From: an uncultured delta proteobacterium
GTDB taxonomy: Bacteria; Desulfobacterota; RBG-13-43-22
DNA length: 64,000 nucleotides
Assembly: GCA_963802945.1 (NCBI GenBank)
Contig: CAWDKY010000028.1
Location: forward strand, 1-64,000
Reading direction: 5' to 3'
Shown here: positions 60,153-64,000 of the stretch, piece after piece
How the letters are laid out: the number at the start of each line of letters is the position of its first letter
How positions within the stretch are numbered: the stretch's first letter is position 1
Translations under genes and position numbers: made by a program
Notes under the pieces: generated by a model
Database searches by the model: none
What the model was told of the DNA's origin: nothing
What the model saw: only the letters and a program-made list of their open reading frames with translations

Positions 60153-61016
60153 TTATTTAGAGAGGGTCAGGATTTTCCTGGCCTCATCTGGTGTGGCCAC
60201 ATCCCTTTCGGCCAGCTCAATGATTTGTTTAGCCACTTCCACCTGTTCCCAACTTCCCTGAGCCATCTTGTTTCTCAACACCCGAATATTGTCTTCCAGA
60301 CCAACCCGAATATGTCCGCCCATAATGGAGGCCTGGATGGCGGCCGGAAACTGATTGGGCCCCACACCGCAGACCGACCAAGTGGCGTCGGGCGGTAAAA
60401 GACTCTGCATATGGACCATATTTAAGGGGGTAAAAGGGACACCACCGGCCACACCGAAGACCAGTTGAAAGTGCATGGGCTCATCAAAGATTCCCTGCTT
60501 TCGGACCAGGAGGGTGTTATAAATACCTCCGAAGTCGTAGGCCTCGCATTCTGGTTTGATGCCGTTTTCCTTCATTTGTTTGGCAAAGTCGATCATCATG
60601 TTAAAGGTGTTTTCGAAAATGGCGTCCCCGTTCATCAAGATTTGTCCGGTCTTGTGATCAACGATGGAGAAATTCATGGAATTGGTGTTCAAAGAGGCCA
60701 GTTCCGGTTTCATGGTTACAATGGGGGCAATTCGCTGTTCGTTGCTGAATCCGACACCAATAGCCGAACTCATGTTCAGAATCACTTCTGGACATTTATT
60801 ACGTATGGCATCGATGGTTTCCCGGATGAAGGGGATATGGGCCGTGGGATCCCCGGCCTTCGGATCGCGGACATGGATGTGTACAATGGCTGCACCGGCC
60901 TTCCAGCACTTATAGGACTCTTCGGCGAATTCCTTGGCAGTATAGGGAACAGCCGGATTCTGCTCTTTTCGCGTGGCAGCCCCGGACAGGGCGGCACTGA
61001 TGATGACTTTTTCCAT
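60153..61016 (-). CDS. Beta-keto acid cleavage enzyme (BKACE/Kce, DUF849)
   Basis: IISAALSG, AGAAIVHIHVRD, KPECE, GHIRVGLEDN. Confidence 0.92.
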   Translation of the reverse strand: MEKVIISAALSGAATRKEQNPAVPYTAKEFAEESYKCWKAGAAIVHIHVRDPKAGDPTAHIPFIRETIDAIRNKCPEVILNMSSAIGVGFSNEQRIAPIVTMKPELASLNTNSMNFSIVDHKTGQILMNGDAIFENTFNMMIDFAKQMKENGIKPECEAYDFGGIYNTLLVRKQGIFDEPMHFQLVFGVAGGVPFTPLNMVHMQSLLPPDATWSVCGVGPNQFPAAIQASIMGGHIRVGLEDNIRVLRNKMAQGSWEQVEVAKQIIELAERDVATPDEARKILTLSK

Positions 61017-61037
61017 TTTAACCTCCTTAATAACTGA

Positions 61038-61763
61038 TCAAAAAATGGGCCTCTTGGAAACCCCCAAATAAGTGGCTTTGATCTCCTCATTATCCTGGAT
61101 ATCTTTTGAAGTCCCCTGAAAAACCACCTGGCCGTTATCGATGATATAATGCCGGTCACCGACGGCCAGGGCCATCTGCAAATGCTGCTCGGCCAGCAGG
61201 ACGGTCTTTCCGTTCTGTTTCATTTCTAATATGGATTGACCGATTTGTTCAATAAGGATCGGGGACAATCCTTCCGTCGGCTCATCCATGAGAATCAGAC
61301 GCACTGGCCCCAGGAGGGCACGGGCATTGGCCACCATCTGTAATTGTCCGCCGGATAGGGTCCGACTCTTATCTTTGCTTTTTTCTTTAAGTACGGGAAA
61401 CATAGTGTAAGCCTTTTCCAGTTCCCTTCGTTCATTTTTTATACCAGCGGCAACCAGGGCTAATCTTAAATTTTCCTCTACGGTCAGCATTGGGAATATA
61501 TGCCGGCCTTGCGGGATGAGTCGCAGACCGCAGTGAAAGATTTCATAAGGTTTCTTCCCCTGCATCTCTCGCCCGAATATCAAAACTTTTCCTTCCAGCG
61601 GCGGAGTCAGACCGATAATAGAACGGATGGTGGTGGTTTTTCCGGCCCCATTTCGTCCTAATAAACAAACGACTTCCCCTTCCTGTACTTCCAGCGAAAT
61701 CCCTTGTAGGACATGACTGGTCCCATAATAGCTGTGGACGGCTTCAAGGGTCAGGGCGCTCAT
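61038..61763 (-). CDS. livF: LivF-type ABC ATPase
   Basis: GRNGAGKTT, LSGGQLQM, DEPTEGL. Confidence 0.92.
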   Translation of the reverse strand: MSALTLEAVHSYYGTSHVLQGISLEVQEGEVVCLLGRNGAGKTTTIRSIIGLTPPLEGKVLIFGREMQGKKPYEIFHCGLRLIPQGRHIFPMLTVEENLRLALVAAGIKNERRELEKAYTMFPVLKEKSKDKSRTLSGGQLQMVANARALLGPVRLILMDEPTEGLSPILIEQIGQSILEMKQNGKTVLLAEQHLQMALAVGDRHYIIDNGQVVFQGTSKDIQDNEEIKATYLGVSKRPIF

Positions 61764-62500
61764 ACTCCTCCCAAATAGACCCGGCACACTTCCGGATCAT
61801 CGGCCACTTCTTCCGGTGAGCCTTCGGCAATTTTGCGGCCGAAATTCAAAACAAAGATGTGATCGGAAATGTTCATGACAATATCCATGTTGTGCTCGAT
61901 GAGAAAAATGGTGAAGTCCCGTGAGAGGTCCTTGATCAGATCCATGGTCTGAGAGGCCTCGGCCGGCGACATACCGCTGGTCGGTTCATCTAAAAGGAGG
62001 AGTTCCGGTCCGGTGGCTAAGGTCATCCCGATCTCCAGATGGCGCTGGTCTCCATGGCTGAGTTGACCGGCCGTGGTGTCCTGCCATTGGTCAAGACCGA
62101 TTCGTTTCAAGATCTCCTCGGTACGGCTTTTGACGCTGGCCATTTTCTGAAAACGGGTAAAAAAGCTCATTCTTCTCGGAGACCTGGTCTGCACGGCCAG
62201 AAAGATATTTTCCCAAACCGTCAGTCTCTGAAATATATTGGTGATCTGAAAGGAGCGGGCCAGGCCGGCCAGGGTAATTTCATGCTCTTTTAATCGAGCA
62301 ATGTCACGCTCCTTGAAAAGGATGGTACCCGAAGTTGCCGGAAAACGACCAGAGATGACATTAAAAAGCGTTGTCTTCCCAGCTCCGTTCGGTCCGATCA
62401 CACTGGTAATTTTTCCGGCTTCGACGTCGAGGTCGATCTGAGACAAGACTTCCAGGGCACCAAAATTTTTTCCAACCCCGCGCAGTTCAAGGATGGCCAT
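61760..62500 (-). CDS. livG: LivG-type ABC ATPase
   Basis: GPNGAGKTT, RSFQ, LLLDEP. Confidence 0.92.
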   Translation of the reverse strand: MAILELRGVGKNFGALEVLSQIDLDVEAGKITSVIGPNGAGKTTLFNVISGRFPATSGTILFKERDIARLKEHEITLAGLARSFQITNIFQRLTVWENIFLAVQTRSPRRMSFFTRFQKMASVKSRTEEILKRIGLDQWQDTTAGQLSHGDQRHLEIGMTLATGPELLLLDEPTSGMSPAEASQTMDLIKDLSRDFTIFLIEHNMDIVMNISDHIFVLNFGRKIAEGSPEEVADDPEVCRVYLGGV

Positions 62501-63452
62501 AATATTTTCCTTTATGTAACCGTTGGCCGATCTTGCGGCTGAGGGCCATGATCCCACCGGGACTGAATAAGATTACGGTAACAAAGATAGCACCCAGGAT
62601 CATCATCCATGAATCCGCCAACCAACTGGAAAGGATATCACCCAGAATGATGACTACCCCGGAACCGATCACCGGGCCCACTAGGGTGCCCATTCCTCCC
62701 AAAAGGGCCATCATAATAATTTCTCCCGAAACGGCCGGGTGATAGAGGTTGGGAGAAACAAAAGAGTTGAAGGCCGCTAAGAGCGCGCCGGCAAAGCCGC
62801 CATAAATACCGGAAATAATGAAGACCAGCAGAATGGTTTTCCGGGTATCGTAACCCAAGAATTTGGTCCTTTCCTCATTTTCCCTGATACCCACCATGAC
62901 TCTTCCAAAGGCGCTTTGGGTAATCAAGCGAGCCAATAGATAGCCGGCGATAAGACAAGCCAGGGAAAAATAATAAAAGGAATTTTCCCCGGACAGGCTT
63001 AATCCAGGGAAAATGATCGGCTTGGGCACGGCCGAAAGGCCATTGGAAGCACCGATGAACTCTAAGGTGTTGGCGGTGACAAAAAAGAATTGGGCAAAGG
63101 CGAAGGTCAAAAAAACGAAATAAATTTCCCGGGTGCGGATGGATAAAAACCCGATAATATAAGCCAGCAAGGCACTGCATAGAATGGTGATAACAATCGG
63201 CGGCCAAAACCATGGGGTCCAATGCTTTAGTATCATTCCGGTCAGATAGGCCCCGGTACCGAAAAACAGGGCGTGACCATAGGAAACCATTCCGGTATAC
63301 CCGGCCAGCAAATCAAAACCGACCACGATGATGGCATAAATAAAGATACGGGTCAGGAGGGAGACATAGAAGCTGCTGTAAAGGATATTGGCTCCCAGGG
63401 GAAAGGCCATCAGAGCGGCCAGAAGAACCCCTATCCAATAGCGGCGTCTCAT
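62487..63452 (-). CDS. livM: LivM-type permease
   Basis: GYTGMVSYGHA, IRENE.R..FLG. Confidence 0.9.
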   Translation of the reverse strand: MRRRYWIGVLLAALMAFPLGANILYSSFYVSLLTRIFIYAIIVVGFDLLAGYTGMVSYGHALFFGTGAYLTGMILKHWTPWFWPPIVITILCSALLAYIIGFLSIRTREIYFVFLTFAFAQFFFVTANTLEFIGASNGLSAVPKPIIFPGLSLSGENSFYYFSLACLIAGYLLARLITQSAFGRVMVGIRENEERTKFLGYDTRKTILLVFIISGIYGGFAGALLAAFNSFVSPNLYHPAVSGEIIMMALLGGMGTLVGPVIGSGVVIILGDILSSWLADSWMMILGAIFVTVILFSPGGIMALSRKIGQRLHKGKYYGHP

Positions 63453-63453
63453 T

Positions 63454-64000
63454 TCAATCCTCCTTGAACAGACCTTCCGGGCGAAAAAGGAGGACTACGA
63501 CCATCAAAAACCAGACCGAAAATTTGGCCACCCCAGTAAAAAATTGGGCCCCGAAGGCATCGGTGATACCCAGGAGGAGCGAACCGACCACGGCTCCGCG
63601 AAAAGAACCCATGCCGCCGATAACGACCACCAGAAGCGCGCTGGTCAGCAACTCAAAGTCCATCTCGGGATTGATGGCCCGCATGGATCCGATGATTACC
63701 CCCGCTAAAGCGGCCAAACCGGCACCGATGGCAAAAACGATGGTGAAAACCCGGTTAATGTTGATACCGAAGGCATTGATCGTCTCCAGGTCGTGCATGC
63801 CGGCTCGAATGACGATACCCCATTTAGTCCGGCTGATGGTGATCCAGAGAATCCCGGCAATAGTGGCGCTGAAAAGAAGCACAAAAAAACGGAAACGGGG
63901 ATAATCCAGACCGAAGAAATGGATATAACCTTTCAAATAAGAAGGAAGGGTGATCGATAACTGGTCCCCTCCCCAAGTCAGTAAAACCGTATTGGCGATG
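63454..64000 (-). CDS. livH: LivH-type permease (5' end outside window)
   Basis: G..IRA, VVIGGMGS. Confidence 0.88.
   Translation of the reverse strand, partial: IANTVLLTWGGDQLSITLPSYLKGYIHFFGLDYPRFRFFVLLFSATIAGILWITISRTKWGIVIRAGMHDLETINAFGININRVFTIVFAIGAGLAALAGVIIGSMRAINPEMDFELLTSALLVVVIGGMGSFRGAVVGSLLLGITDAFGAQFFTGVAKFSVWFLMVVVLLFRPEGLFKED

Overview
This 64 kb window comes from an anaerobic bacterium. Gene content and intergenic repeat families suggest Desulfobacterota/deltaproteobacteria (inference). Several +1 frameshifts, including two in secDF, point to uncorrected long-read indels. From left to right the window holds: secDF; an FrhB-like/iorAB/acyl-CoA synthetase cluster; a ~19 kb minus-strand energy-conservation locus (9.9-29.3 kb); an aminotransferase + Liv-type ABC + CoA ligase catabolic cluster; a Phd/RelE toxin-antitoxin pair next to a small integrase-less attC cassette array; an AT-rich amino-acid catabolism islet (glyA fragment, hprA, amidohydrolase, ridA, YheO-like regulator); IS remnants; an HpaB/AbfD-like gene; a CoA-transferase pair; a complete IS3 with 3-bp target duplication; and a BKACE/Liv cluster. 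The most notable system is the energy locus. It encodes a selenocysteine-containing Mvh-type [NiFeSe] hydrogenase (UGA plus a SECIS-like hairpin) and a QmoC-like membrane subunit. Its two-FAD HdrA is split at a ferredoxin motif: one half is fused to NuoE and the other to a NuoG-like FeS domain, and the halves enclose HndB, NuoF/HydB and a DRTGG/CBS/kinase/PHP module. MvhD follows. The locus is flanked by a heme-c Cache sensor kinase and a Rossmann-fold sensor kinase. No rRNA, tRNA or CRISPR array was seen. All product calls come from motif recognition only; no database searches were run.
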